Source: an uncultured Clostridia bacterium
Lineage (GTDB): Bacteria > Bacillota > Clostridia > Oscillospirales > CAG-272
Direction of reading: 5' to 3'
Assembly: GCA_944391805.1 (NCBI GenBank)
Contig: CALXUY010000036.1
Coordinates: 4,772 to 68,771, forward strand
DNA length: 64,000 nt
Shown one piece after another: positions 51,151 through 60,822 of the stretch. Each line of letters opens with the position of its first letter. The first letter of the stretch is position 1. Position numbers and translations under genes: made by a program. The notes beneath the pieces were generated by a model. It was not told where the DNA came from. It searched no databases and saw only the letters and a list, made by a program, of their open reading frames with translations.

Positions 51151-53772
51151 TCATGCATCATTTCTGTCAGCCAGCGTACCCGCGCTCACCGTAATTTCGC
51201 CAACAAAAACCTCGGCGTTCTGGGAGTGGAAAATCAGACCGCCCGCATCATTCGATGCGTTTGTGAGCGTTTGCACCTCCGCGCCATTGATCAGCACACG
51301 TGTGGTGCCTGCCGTCCGGTCTACCTCCAGAACCAACGTCAGCGTGCCTGTGCCTGTGACATGATAGGATGCTTTCCCCGCACTGTCAATCGGAGACGCA
51401 TCATTATACCAGATTGCAAAGCCGCTGCCAAGATGATTGACACGCAGCTTCAGCTCCAGCGTATACACACTGACATTTTGCAGTTCATCCGGCCGGAGGA
51501 AGCAAAGCACCGAGTTATCGTAGCCGTTCATCAAAATTCCCCGGTCACCGTTCACATTTTTCAAAAGCAGATCGGTATATTGCATGGTTTCGGTCAGACT
51601 GTTGACCGAAAACCAACCGGTCTCATAAATCTGTGACAGATCCTCGAAATCCTCGTGATAAATGATGTCGCCAACCGAATAATCCGGCCCAACGCTGGTT
51701 TTCGGAGTGTACGGCAGCTGCAGAACCGCAGTTCCATGCCCTGCATTGATGATTTCCCCAACATTCGGAGAGGTGGCGATAAACCGGTTACAATCCCATG
51801 TCAGTGTCTCGTGGAACCAATGATCCGGGCAGGGCCACAGCACGGTTTCGGGGTCAATCAGCGCAAACAGCTCATTGCTTCCTCCTGTATAGCCGTGATG
51901 TGCCATCTGCATGATGTCGGATTTGAGAAAGCTGCCATACCGGCGGCAAAGGATGGACGCTCCCAAGGCCTCGGTATCCCCCAGCACCATAAAGGTCTGC
52001 CCCTCGCAGCTCACGCGGAAAATCACGGAGGTGTCGTTGGTGCTTTGGATATAGGTCGGGTATGCATCCTCTGGGGTGAACAGAACGTCGATCACCGCAT
52101 TTCCGATATGATACTGCTGACCTGTGCGCGCATAAATGATTTTTGCGCCCGGAATTGCCTTGATGCCCTTGTCAATGGTCTCCACAAGGGCAAGGTCTAT
52201 CTCCCCGAGATTGGAGGACGGAAGATTATAGACCACGCTTTGAATGGTCAATTCGGATGCAAACTCCTGCGCCATGCTCAGGAACACCTGAAAATGATCG
52301 GCATGTGCGTGCGTGAGGAACCACGCCGCGATCACCGGCTTTTCCCCCTCTTCGCACTGGGAAAGGAGCAGCCTGTACAGCTTGATATGGTCATCCACAT
52401 CGTCCGCACCACCGTCAAACACGAGAAAGCGTCCGTCGGACAAGCGCATAAAGTAGGACATTCCCGTGTCATTCTTGATGTAGTTGAGCCCTACCTGCGT
52501 CAAAAGCGTTTGGGTGGTTGCCGTGTACGAATTGTCCTCTGCGCGTGCAGGACGTTCGGTAATGGCATCCACCAGAATCCGCACGGTGGAATCGGTCGGA
52601 TCAAAGCCGACATTCACGGTTAAGGCCTGATTGATATAGGTGGCAAACAAACTGCTGCCCAGCGTGTTCTCGGTATAAAGCGTAAAGCCGTTGGATGTAA
52701 GAATGCCTCCGTACTCACGGAATGCCGTCTCGTCGGTATCCGAAACATAAATCATGTTCCCGTCCCCGCCCACCGATACGAGCTTTTGTGTACCGTCCGG
52801 GAAATACGGAAGATCCGCTTTGAGAGAGCTGTCGCTCAGGCAGAGCTTCATCCCCGCAGGCAAACGGATGGTTTGATCCGGCTGCACATTCCGTTCCAGC
52901 ACATCAGCAAACAGCGCAATGGCTTTTGACACAAGCTCATCGGAAAAGCCGAAAATCACCACCTTATTGCCATCCACCGCAATTCCATACTCGTTATAAT
53001 TCAGTGTGCGTATATAATTTTGTGTCTGCGGATAATCGGTGTAGCCCAGAAGAAATTCCTTGGCGCTGTCGTCACGTGCCTCGTCCTCGCCCTTGGTATC
53101 AATGGTGATCTGCGCCGACTTGGAGATGACCGATCGAATGGCCTCATTCAACTGATTGATATTCGCGGTCACTCCGGAGCCCTGAAAACGGACCGAGGTC
53201 ACAATGCTGTAATCGGTCTCCCCTGCATTTGCTATGGTTACGGCATCTGCTTTACCGATGTGAGAAAAACCGGGGGCAATTTCCAAGCTGCCGTTGACCA
53301 GATGGTCCGTAACGTATTGCTCCAGAAAATGCTGGATTCCCTGCACGGTCATCTCTGCGGTAGTGCCGAGGATCACAATTTTGTTGCCCGTACGGCCGAT
53401 GTAATAAGCGAACTCCTCGCCCGCCAGCAGCTCGGATGCGGCGACGCTGGCATCGCGATTGGTATCCCCTACCAGAATCTCATAGGCATTGGGATCGGGT
53501 GGATTGACAGAGGAAATATAATCATCCTTCAGCCGAATATCTACACCGCACAGCTCTGTGAGCCCGGAATTGAGACTCTGGCTGGCAGTGATGATGATAT
53601 CCGGCGTTTTGCTCGGGCGAATCACCGTTGCCTCTGCAATCGGAAAGGCATCGGGGGAGGCTGTCTCATCTGTTGCGGATGGTTCCTCGTTTGGCGTTTT
53701 CTCCTTCCGGCAAGCCGCAAAAAGCAGACCAATACAAAGGATGGAGAGAATCAGCAGCCATCGTTTTTTCAT
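51151..53772 (-). CDS. Lipoprotein: GH20b/GH67N-like N-terminal repeats, MBL-fold hydrolase domain, C-terminal jelly-roll module
   Basis: Lipobox LLFAAC, THAHADH and QMAHHG motifs. Paralogous to 49437-51092 over the MBL core. The tail starts IIYHEDFED. AAGGAG RBS before the ATG at 53772. Confidence 0.65.
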   Translation of the reverse strand: MKKRWLLILSILCIGLLFAACRKEKTPNEEPSATDETASPDAFPIAEATVIRPSKTPDIIITASQSLNSGLTELCGVDIRLKDDYISSVNPPDPNAYEILVGDTNRDASVAASELLAGEEFAYYIGRTGNKIVILGTTAEMTVQGIQHFLEQYVTDHLVNGSLEIAPGFSHIGKADAVTIANAGETDYSIVTSVRFQGSGVTANINQLNEAIRSVISKSAQITIDTKGEDEARDDSAKEFLLGYTDYPQTQNYIRTLNYNEYGIAVDGNKVVIFGFSDELVSKAIALFADVLERNVQPDQTIRLPAGMKLCLSDSSLKADLPYFPDGTQKLVSVGGDGNMIYVSDTDETAFREYGGILTSNGFTLYTENTLGSSLFATYINQALTVNVGFDPTDSTVRILVDAITERPARAEDNSYTATTQTLLTQVGLNYIKNDTGMSYFMRLSDGRFLVFDGGADDVDDHIKLYRLLLSQCEEGEKPVIAAWFLTHAHADHFQVFLSMAQEFASELTIQSVVYNLPSSNLGEIDLALVETIDKGIKAIPGAKIIYARTGQQYHIGNAVIDVLFTPEDAYPTYIQSTNDTSVIFRVSCEGQTFMVLGDTEALGASILCRRYGSFLKSDIMQMAHHGYTGGSNELFALIDPETVLWPCPDHWFHETLTWDCNRFIATSPNVGEIINAGHGTAVLQLPYTPKTSVGPDYSVGDIIYHEDFEDLSQIYETGWFSVNSLTETMQYTDLLLKNVNGDRGILMNGYDNSVLCFLRPDELQNVSVYTLELKLRVNHLGSGFAIWYNDASPIDSAGKASYHVTGTGTLTLVLEVDRTAGTTRVLINGAEVQTLTNASNDAGGLIFHSQNAEVFVGEITVSAGTLADRNDA

Positions 53773-53795
53773 CTTTGAATCTCCTTTTTCAAACA

Positions 53796-53832
53796 GCGCA
53801 GACACCGTCCGATTTCAGAGCAGTGTCTGCGC
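53796..53832 (-). promoter_or_regulatory. Intercistronic hairpin between the 3x jelly-roll gene and the MBL lipoprotein gene
   Basis: 10-bp stem GCGCAGACAC / GTGTCTGCGC. On the minus strand it is followed by TGTTTG. Possible partial terminator or processing site. Confidence 0.35.
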
Positions 53833-53868
53833 ATTTGCATTGCGGAGCTCTGCGCCGCGGCGCAAGGC

Positions 53869-56172
53869 TCAATCAGGCCGATTGGTGTACCGCTTTTTCC
53901 GACTGACGGCAAGCGAAGCCGCTCCGATCATCAGCATCACCGCTGCGCCGCCAAAGGAGGCCGCACTTTTGCAGCCGCCCTCTTGCCCGCCTGCGGGGGC
54001 AGTGGTTTCGGGCGTTTCCCCGGTGGGGGCTTCGGCTGTGGGCGTTTCGGCGGAGGTGTCGCCGGAGCTGTCATCGGTGCTGTCGCCCGGATTGTCGCCA
54101 TTGTTGTCATCATCTTCGTCGTCATCCTTGTTGGGATCGGCGTAATCACTGTAGGTGCCCGCCGTCACCATCAGATCGTCCATATAGACCTCACAGTTCT
54201 CCGCGACAATGTAAAGCGCGCTTTTCGCAGTGTTGATGTTCAGCCCGACGTTGAAGAATTCACCGTTGATATAGGTGACGGTAACCCCGGTGGTGCGGTC
54301 AATCTGAACCGCAAGCTCAAAGGTTGTTCCAAGCGGGACCGCGGTGGGATCATCGGTATAGGAATTGCTGTTGCCGCCGACAATGCCCTGATTCCGGATA
54401 ATCATGGGATTCCAGCGAAGCTCGAGCAGACCACAGTCCGAGGTTGCGTCGGTGCTGGCGGTGTTATAGAACAGGGAAAAGCGGTTGTTCAGACTGACGG
54501 CGTTCAGCGTCATGTGTACGGTGTAAACATCATAGGTTTCCAGCGCCTTTGCGGGCACAATTTCAAACGCGCCCCACGTGAACGTTCCGCCTGTCACCTT
54601 GACGCAGGTGCTCCCGTTGACGGCATCCGCCAGCTCCACGTCGATCATATTCTTGTCAAAGAAGGTACCGTCAACCGGCTGCCAATAGAGATCCTCAATG
54701 GTCTGTGCGGCATCGAAATTGTCCGCAAAAACCACCTCTCCGGCCTGTTTGCCCGTATAGTCGGCGTCCGGACGGACCGGCCAGTTCTCGTCGTCGTCCT
54801 CGACCGGCGCGGCACTGACGCCCTCTGTCACCTTGACATTGTCGATGTATACCTTGGTCGCTCCAAACAGCCAGTAGATGCCGCCGACAGCCGTATCGGT
54901 ATCGGTTGCGGTGGAAAGGAGCACGCCGTCGCAGTAGAGCCGGACGGTTCCGGCAACCGCGTCAACCTCGATTCTGATCTCGGCCTTTGCATTTTGGGTA
55001 AAATCGGCACGCACTTGGTTGACGGCCGTGTTTTCCGCATCATAGCTGATGGTATTCCAGGAGCTGCCCGCACGCAGCACAACCCAATCTCCCTCCGCGG
55101 AATCGGCCGCAAACGTGCCGAAGCGCACGCCGAACAGATCCTGCTGATATTCGGAGCTCTCGTCCTGCTGCATGGTAAATTGAATCGTGTATTGCGTCAC
55201 GCCCTCTAAAGCGGTTGCGGGAACCATCTGATAACAGCCGTAGGTGGAGCTGACGTGGTCGACCAGAAGTGCCCTGCTCTCCCCCCATGCGACAATACGC
55301 ATCTCATTGGCGCCGGAGTAGATTGTGGAGGCCAAGGTGTACCCGAGCTCCGCGGCAACGGTCTGATCGGTTGCGGTGGTGTTCTCAAAATCCTGCTCGT
55401 ACAGGACTCTGGCAGTCTCAATTTCGGGAGCGTCCGCATAGCCGCCAACGCTCACCGTGAAGTCATCGAAGGCAACGGTTGCATTGATGATCTTGATATA
55501 GATGCCTCCAACGACGGTGGAAGCACCTGTACGGGTGTTGATCAGCGCCCCGTCGAGATAGTAGCTGACGGTGCCCGCCTCGGTGTCAACCTCCACGGCA
55601 ACCTGCAGCTTCCGGTTGAGGAGCGAGCAGCGTGCCGCAGCATAATTGTTATCGTCACCGCAATCCACCTGATTGCCCTCGGCATCGTAGCGGTAGTTTT
55701 TGAACAGATCGCCAGAGGCGTTATCGGATGAAAAAGTGAGGTATTCGCCCTTGCGCGCATCATCGGGGTCCACGTCTCCAAAGCGAAGCGCGATTTCGGA
55801 AATATACTGGGTGGAGGCGTCGGTAATCACACCGTTCATGGTATACTGAATGGTGTACTTTGTCACACCAGTCAGCAGGTCCGCATCCACAACCTTGAAC
55901 TGGGACGCCGTTGCCTGCCAGCCGTCGTTCTTTGTAATCAGCAGCGATTGATTTCCGCCATTGTCGACCAGTTGCGCGGTGTAGGCGTCGGAATTGCACG
56001 CACCGGTGTCAGACGCCGTCCATCCGGTTGCCGCCACATCGGCGGCATCGTCAAAATTCTGGGAATACAGTACCGTACCCGCTGCGGGATCGGTCGTCTC
56101 GGCAGACGCCGGAAACACAAACAGACCCGCCAGAAGCGTCGCCACTAACAGAACGGAAAAGAGCCTTTTCAT
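53869..56172 (-). CDS. Secreted protein with three tandem concanavalin/LamG-like jelly-roll modules, an acidic linker and a C-terminal membrane anchor
   Basis: Signal peptide ends FPASA. Three repeats of about 210 aa each open with (V/L)(L/V)(Y/F)xQ/ADNFD-type motifs and close with VDDF/IDNV/MDDL-xVT. Tail reads GGCKSAASFGGAAVMLMIGAASLAVSRKKR. Confidence 0.7.
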   Translation of the reverse strand: MKRLFSVLLVATLLAGLFVFPASAETTDPAAGTVLYSQNFDDAADVAATGWTASDTGACNSDAYTAQLVDNGGNQSLLITKNDGWQATASQFKVVDADLLTGVTKYTIQYTMNGVITDASTQYISEIALRFGDVDPDDARKGEYLTFSSDNASGDLFKNYRYDAEGNQVDCGDDNNYAAARCSLLNRKLQVAVEVDTEAGTVSYYLDGALINTRTGASTVVGGIYIKIINATVAFDDFTVSVGGYADAPEIETARVLYEQDFENTTATDQTVAAELGYTLASTIYSGANEMRIVAWGESRALLVDHVSSTYGCYQMVPATALEGVTQYTIQFTMQQDESSEYQQDLFGVRFGTFAADSAEGDWVVLRAGSSWNTISYDAENTAVNQVRADFTQNAKAEIRIEVDAVAGTVRLYCDGVLLSTATDTDTAVGGIYWLFGATKVYIDNVKVTEGVSAAPVEDDDENWPVRPDADYTGKQAGEVVFADNFDAAQTIEDLYWQPVDGTFFDKNMIDVELADAVNGSTCVKVTGGTFTWGAFEIVPAKALETYDVYTVHMTLNAVSLNNRFSLFYNTASTDATSDCGLLELRWNPMIIRNQGIVGGNSNSYTDDPTAVPLGTTFELAVQIDRTTGVTVTYINGEFFNVGLNINTAKSALYIVAENCEVYMDDLMVTAGTYSDYADPNKDDDEDDDNNGDNPGDSTDDSSGDTSAETPTAEAPTGETPETTAPAGGQEGGCKSAASFGGAAVMLMIGAASLAVSRKKRYTNRPD

Positions 56173-56291
56173 GATTCATTTTCTCCTTTTTTATGATTGC
56201 ATCCTGCGGATGCTTGGGGTGGCACTTGCGAAGTAAACCTGCGTGGAAGCGATTTTGATATGCATTGCAAACGGGCACATCAAAACCGAGA

Positions 56292-56438
56292 CTATACCCC
56301 CTGCGACCAATCCATGATCATACCGTCGCCATCGGAAATGCTTGTCAGTCCGCTGCAGGAAATCAAATCTCCTGCTTTGAGAAACGCAACCTGCATACTG
56401 GGGGAAATATAGACAGCTTGATTCCGTTTTTTCATCAT
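56292..56438 (-). CDS. Small ORF, 48 aa (MMKKRNQAVYISPSMQVAFLKAGDLISCSGLTSISDGDGMIMDWSQGV)
   Basis: AGGAGGG RBS 5 nt upstream of ATGATG, 22 nt after the stop of the preceding gene. Below the ORF-track cutoff. No homolog recognised. Confidence 0.35.
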   Translation of the reverse strand: MMKKRNQAVYISPSMQVAFLKAGDLISCSGLTSISDGDGMIMDWSQGV

Positions 56439-56460
56439 TGAACCCTCCTGTTTCTCTCAT

Positions 56461-57672
56461 TCACGCCGCAGCAGCTTCCGCGTGCACCGTCTCATCGGCC
56501 GGGCCGACCGCAACGCTGCCATCCGCCTGTCTGCTTGCGGTGATGGATTTGGGCGTGCCGGTAACCGTCCCCCCTTCCGCAACTGCATACGGCAGGACGG
56601 TGAATGTCACGGCGATATCGGCGGGAATACCGGTGATGGTCAGGGCAAACAGATAATCACCGCCGCATTCGGCTGCGGTAATCCGGTCGACGTCGCCGCC
56701 CGTTTGTGCATTGAGCGAGCTGTAAACCGTATCGGAGCTTGCCTGAAAGGCGCGCGTTTTTGCAGCTCCGCCCTCGTTCCAGCTCGCAACAATCCGGAAC
56801 CCTACCTGATTGATATTTGCAAGCGCTCCGCAAAACGTTCCTACAAAACGCATATCATAGGTGCCGGCGGATTCCGGCGTTTCTCCCTTCACCTCGGTCG
56901 TCTGTACACCGTATACGGCGGTGGGAACGTCCTCAATTCCCCCTGCGGTCACGCAGATGTCGTCCACCCATGCAACGGATTGCTCCACCATCAGATGAAT
57001 CGGCCCCGCGCCGAGCTGGCAGCCGGTCTGCTCGATCATTTTGACGCCGTCCACATACAGCGCCACGGTCTGACCGGCATTGTCAACGGCGATCCGGATA
57101 TTGCGGACAGCCTTTTCATCGTCCGCGAGATCGACATCGGAAGCAACCGCATTCGCAACGGAGGTGTTCGACGAGTCATAGGATTGTAATCTCCAGCCGT
57201 CGTTCATCGGCCAGTAGGTGGTGACCCAGGTTCCGGACGCACTGTCAGAGGTATACGCGCCGATCCGGACGCCAACCATGTTGTGCCAGGTGCGGCTCCC
57301 GTAATCCAACTGCATTTTGTACGAAATGGTATAGGCATCCACATTCCTTGTCACTTCCTCCGGCACCAATTGGTGCAGCGCCCATGTGGATGTATCGTTT
57401 TTGACCGACAGGCACCGGTTGCTTTGGCCATTCAGCGTATCCGACAAGGCAAATGTGATGGTTCCGTTGTAAGCCATGTTGTCTGATTTGGTGTAGCATA
57501 AATCGTCCACATCGGATACGTTTTCAAAATCCTGTACATAGAGCACAGTTCCGGGCGCCGGCGCTTCCGGCGGAGCAGTGTCGTCGTCCGCCGCACCGGC
57601 GCCGACAATGGCAATGGGAACGGTCATCAAAAAAGACAATAGGGCGCAAAGAATCCGCTTGCAGTTTTTCAT
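56461..57672 (-). CDS. Secreted protein with one jelly-roll module and a C-terminal beta-sandwich-like domain
   Basis: Signal peptide (ALLSFLMTVPIAIVGAGA). The module opens GTVLYVQDFENVSDVDD. AAGGAGG RBS before the ATG at 57672. Confidence 0.65.
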   Translation of the reverse strand: MKNCKRILCALLSFLMTVPIAIVGAGAADDDTAPPEAPAPGTVLYVQDFENVSDVDDLCYTKSDNMAYNGTITFALSDTLNGQSNRCLSVKNDTSTWALHQLVPEEVTRNVDAYTISYKMQLDYGSRTWHNMVGVRIGAYTSDSASGTWVTTYWPMNDGWRLQSYDSSNTSVANAVASDVDLADDEKAVRNIRIAVDNAGQTVALYVDGVKMIEQTGCQLGAGPIHLMVEQSVAWVDDICVTAGGIEDVPTAVYGVQTTEVKGETPESAGTYDMRFVGTFCGALANINQVGFRIVASWNEGGAAKTRAFQASSDTVYSSLNAQTGGDVDRITAAECGGDYLFALTITGIPADIAVTFTVLPYAVAEGGTVTGTPKSITASRQADGSVAVGPADETVHAEAAAA

Positions 57673-57735
57673 AGCAGCTCCTCCTTTATGAATATTTATT
57701 TCCAAGCCGGTGTTTCACACTGCACCGGCTTTGGT

Positions 57736-59250
57736 TTACCTGCTCATGTCTTTTTCGAATTTATCAAGCACAAGGTCCAATACGGTTTCGATCGCAGCCT
57801 TGCTCGAAGAGAAGTTCACCTTGGAATCCATAATGCAGTCGGCAATCAGGCTTGCGGAGGTTCCGAAATCGTTGATGTAGTTCAGATCGACATAGAGATT
57901 GTTATAGATGGTATCCATAATTTCGACCTGCCGCGGGTCCTTGGCCAGTCGCAGGCACAGAATCTCGTCATACACCTGCGGCTTGACAGACTGGTAGGAG
58001 TGATACCCCATCACCTCCGCCACATAGCCGACAAAATCGGTATCTCCGTTTCCGCAGTGGTTGGGAAACGCAAGGTAACCGGGCGTCCAGGTGTTGATAC
58101 CGGAATAATAGCTCTCCTGCTCGGCGGTCGCCTTGGGACAGGGGATGATCGCATAATCGGTTGTCATATCCGTAATCTCGTCCACATAGCTCACGCTGTT
58201 CCCGAAGAACAGCGCGCGGTTCTGCTTAAACGCCACAATGGATTGGCTCGGCGTTTCGTCAAAATACGCGGCATGGTCGAAGTTATTCTCGATCTCGGCA
58301 AAAATATCGCAGAGGCGCTGCACCATGTCTGCTGTATTCTCACCAAGATCGATCGTGATATTGCCATCCTCGTCGACCGAGGAAAGCTGCATGCCCGCCG
58401 CCACAAAATGGCTGTACGCCGTAATCTCGCTGCGCGGGGTTGCATAGGCTATCCGGTCGTGATACACCGAGATTTCCTGATCCCCGTCCAGGTCAATCGT
58501 GTAGTCGTGAATGAGGTACGCAAAGTTCTCCAGCGTCCAATCTCCGTTTTCCACCAGCCCGAAGATGTCAAGGGTAGAGCCATCCTGCATAACGACATCC
58601 TGCGCCAGAGCAAGGCTGCAGATCATCACATACGGTGTGGCAAAGAATCCGCCGCCCGCCGCCTGCCCTGCGACAAAATACAGCCGGTTGTTAAAGGAAA
58701 CATTTTCCCAAAAGTATTCGCTCCACCAAGGCATCCCGCTGTTGATGACAGGCAATTGCTCGATATTGTAAAGAACATTCTGTGCCTGCAGCGTACCGAT
58801 GCTGTTGGGAATATTGGATGCAATCATATCACAGGTATGCAGATTTCCCAGCTCTGCGTTGCTGATATTGCTCGCAAGCTCCTTGCCATCGTCACCGTCG
58901 GAATAAAGCTGGTAGGTGACAAGAATGCCGTAATCCGATTCCAGCTTCAGATCCCTGGCATACATGGCGTCGCTCACCATATTGCCCTGATATCCGCCCT
59001 CGTCGGGATGCAGCGTGAAAAAGCTCTCGGTATCCGTATTTCGGGTCGCGATGATAAACTCCCTGTTTTCGTAATTCCTTGCGCCAATCTCGTTGATATA
59101 GTTGGCATAAGGATCGTTCGGGTCCGCCTGAATGTTGCCTGTATCGCCGGTGTTGACCGGGGACTCCGGCTCGCTTTTACAGGCGACGGCGGTGAACAGA
59201 AGCAAGAGCAGCAAAAGGCTGCACAACAGGCGCGTCGTGCGTGGTTTCAT
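57736..59250 (-). CDS. Lipoprotein resembling large (LplA/YtcQ-like) ABC sugar-binding proteins
   Basis: Lipobox LFTAVAC, about 500 aa, contains the MPWWSEYFW motif. No permease or ATPase genes are adjacent. ATG at 59250 follows AAGGAGGA. Confidence 0.5.
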   Translation of the reverse strand: MKPRTTRLLCSLLLLLLLFTAVACKSEPESPVNTGDTGNIQADPNDPYANYINEIGARNYENREFIIATRNTDTESFFTLHPDEGGYQGNMVSDAMYARDLKLESDYGILVTYQLYSDGDDGKELASNISNAELGNLHTCDMIASNIPNSIGTLQAQNVLYNIEQLPVINSGMPWWSEYFWENVSFNNRLYFVAGQAAGGGFFATPYVMICSLALAQDVVMQDGSTLDIFGLVENGDWTLENFAYLIHDYTIDLDGDQEISVYHDRIAYATPRSEITAYSHFVAAGMQLSSVDEDGNITIDLGENTADMVQRLCDIFAEIENNFDHAAYFDETPSQSIVAFKQNRALFFGNSVSYVDEITDMTTDYAIIPCPKATAEQESYYSGINTWTPGYLAFPNHCGNGDTDFVGYVAEVMGYHSYQSVKPQVYDEILCLRLAKDPRQVEIMDTIYNNLYVDLNYINDFGTSASLIADCIMDSKVNFSSSKAAIETVLDLVLDKFEKDMSR

Positions 59251-59355
59251 CAAATTTTCCTCCTTTTTGATGGTTATATATAATGCCTCCGGGCAAGCAG
59301 AGGCTGGATCCCCATGGCTGTTACGCCAACCGGTGCCGTGCCGGATTCGCCCCGG

Positions 59356-60822
59356 TCACTCCTGATTGAAATGAATCGAATGGTAAATTTTTTCGATGAT
59401 TTCGTCGGTTTTTGCCTTGGCGTTCCAAAGCAGCTCTGAGAAAATGCCAACCGACGTCGGTATGCCCTCCTCAAAAACACCGTCCTCCACAAGCGCTGTG
59501 ATCGTGCTGTCCGCAAAATTCGCCTCTGCAATACATGCAACATGCTTTTGGAAATCCTCTGCATGGTTGATCCAGTATGGTTCTGCAAATTTCCAGTAAA
59601 ACGTCTTTTCACATCTGCGTGATTTCTGATATGCCCTGTCGGTTTCTCCGACAATGATTTTGCCCTGATAATGCTCAAAACGCTTCCAACACAGCACCGT
59701 AAAGCCCTTGAGAACCTCCCCATAGCGGCCCTTCGGCTTGCAAAGCGCAACCAACTGCTTGGTATATGCCAACGTGGCGCCGGTCTCGCCTCCATTGTTC
59801 CGGGGATCATAATGATACGGAAACGCGCCGCAGTCCTCCCACACAGGCGTTACGTCCCGGCTCAGGCTCTTCATCATCCCGTAATTCTCCCCGATCGAGC
59901 TGCCGTGAACGCCGAACTGCACATACAGCCCCGGAAAGGCCTGCTGGAATGCTTCGGACACACGGTTGATCCACTCGGTAATCAGCTTTGCAATCGGAAT
60001 CCCCCGCACGGTCTTTTCGCAGGTCTCGGTAAAGCCCTGAAAGTAGACGCCATCGCCTCCAAGCGCCCGGTAATCACGATCGTAAACGTCAATGACCTGC
60101 CGAACCCAGTACGCACAATCGTCGGGATTGGTGGGATCGACCTTCACATCCTCCCCCCATCCACAGGTAAAGCCCCATATCACACGCACGCCGTTTGCAT
60201 GTGCGTATTCCACAATTTCACGCCCATTGAGCGGTGCGCAATCGTTCCACATAATCAATGTATTGAGCTTGCAGCGTGCCATGTTATCGATGTAGCGGCG
60301 GTAATCATAGATCATATGCCCCCAAGTCCAAAGCCCGCGGTATTTGATATCGGGAGCGCTCTGCAAGGTAAAATCCGGCATCGGGTCGATAAACAGACGC
60401 AGGCGGTTTTCAAAATGATACCCGTGATATTTTGCCACATGGTCCAGATACGCATGGCAAAACTCATACACACCATACAGAACGCCGGCAGCATCCGCCC
60501 CCTGAATCACAATATCGGTTCTCTCCTTGCGCCGCATGGAGGGAGCCACCTGAATGGAAAAGCCCTCGGCCCGCGTTTCCAGTCTGTAAAAACCAATCTC
60601 GGAAAGTGCCTTCAATGCCGGGTTGGAGCCGATGGTGCCTACGTAAATGACATTGTCGCATTCGGTGACATCCGATTCGTCCACGCAGACAGTCAGAATA
60701 TAAGGAAGATATTGGCGAACCAATCCGTATATTTCATTGACTGCTTTCCTCTCCACCAGCGTCAGCTCGGTACCGCAGTATAATTTCCAGCGGGTATCAC
60801 CATAATTCTGATAAGCTCCCAA
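59356..60822 (-). CDS. Glycoside-hydrolase-like protein (GH20b/GH67N-type N-terminal domain plus TIM-barrel-like core), family uncertain
   Basis: VIYVGT...DIVIQGADAAGVLYGVYEF resembles the zincin-like N-domain of GH20/67/115-type enzymes. Start proposed at TTG 60822 (AGGAGG 6 nt upstream). The ORF stays open to 60936. Confidence 0.45.
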   Translation of the reverse strand: MGAYQNYGDTRWKLYCGTELTLVERKAVNEIYGLVRQYLPYILTVCVDESDVTECDNVIYVGTIGSNPALKALSEIGFYRLETRAEGFSIQVAPSMRRKERTDIVIQGADAAGVLYGVYEFCHAYLDHVAKYHGYHFENRLRLFIDPMPDFTLQSAPDIKYRGLWTWGHMIYDYRRYIDNMARCKLNTLIMWNDCAPLNGREIVEYAHANGVRVIWGFTCGWGEDVKVDPTNPDDCAYWVRQVIDVYDRDYRALGGDGVYFQGFTETCEKTVRGIPIAKLITEWINRVSEAFQQAFPGLYVQFGVHGSSIGENYGMMKSLSRDVTPVWEDCGAFPYHYDPRNNGGETGATLAYTKQLVALCKPKGRYGEVLKGFTVLCWKRFEHYQGKIIVGETDRAYQKSRRCEKTFYWKFAEPYWINHAEDFQKHVACIAEANFADSTITALVEDGVFEEGIPTSVGIFSELLWNAKAKTDEIIEKIYHSIHFNQE

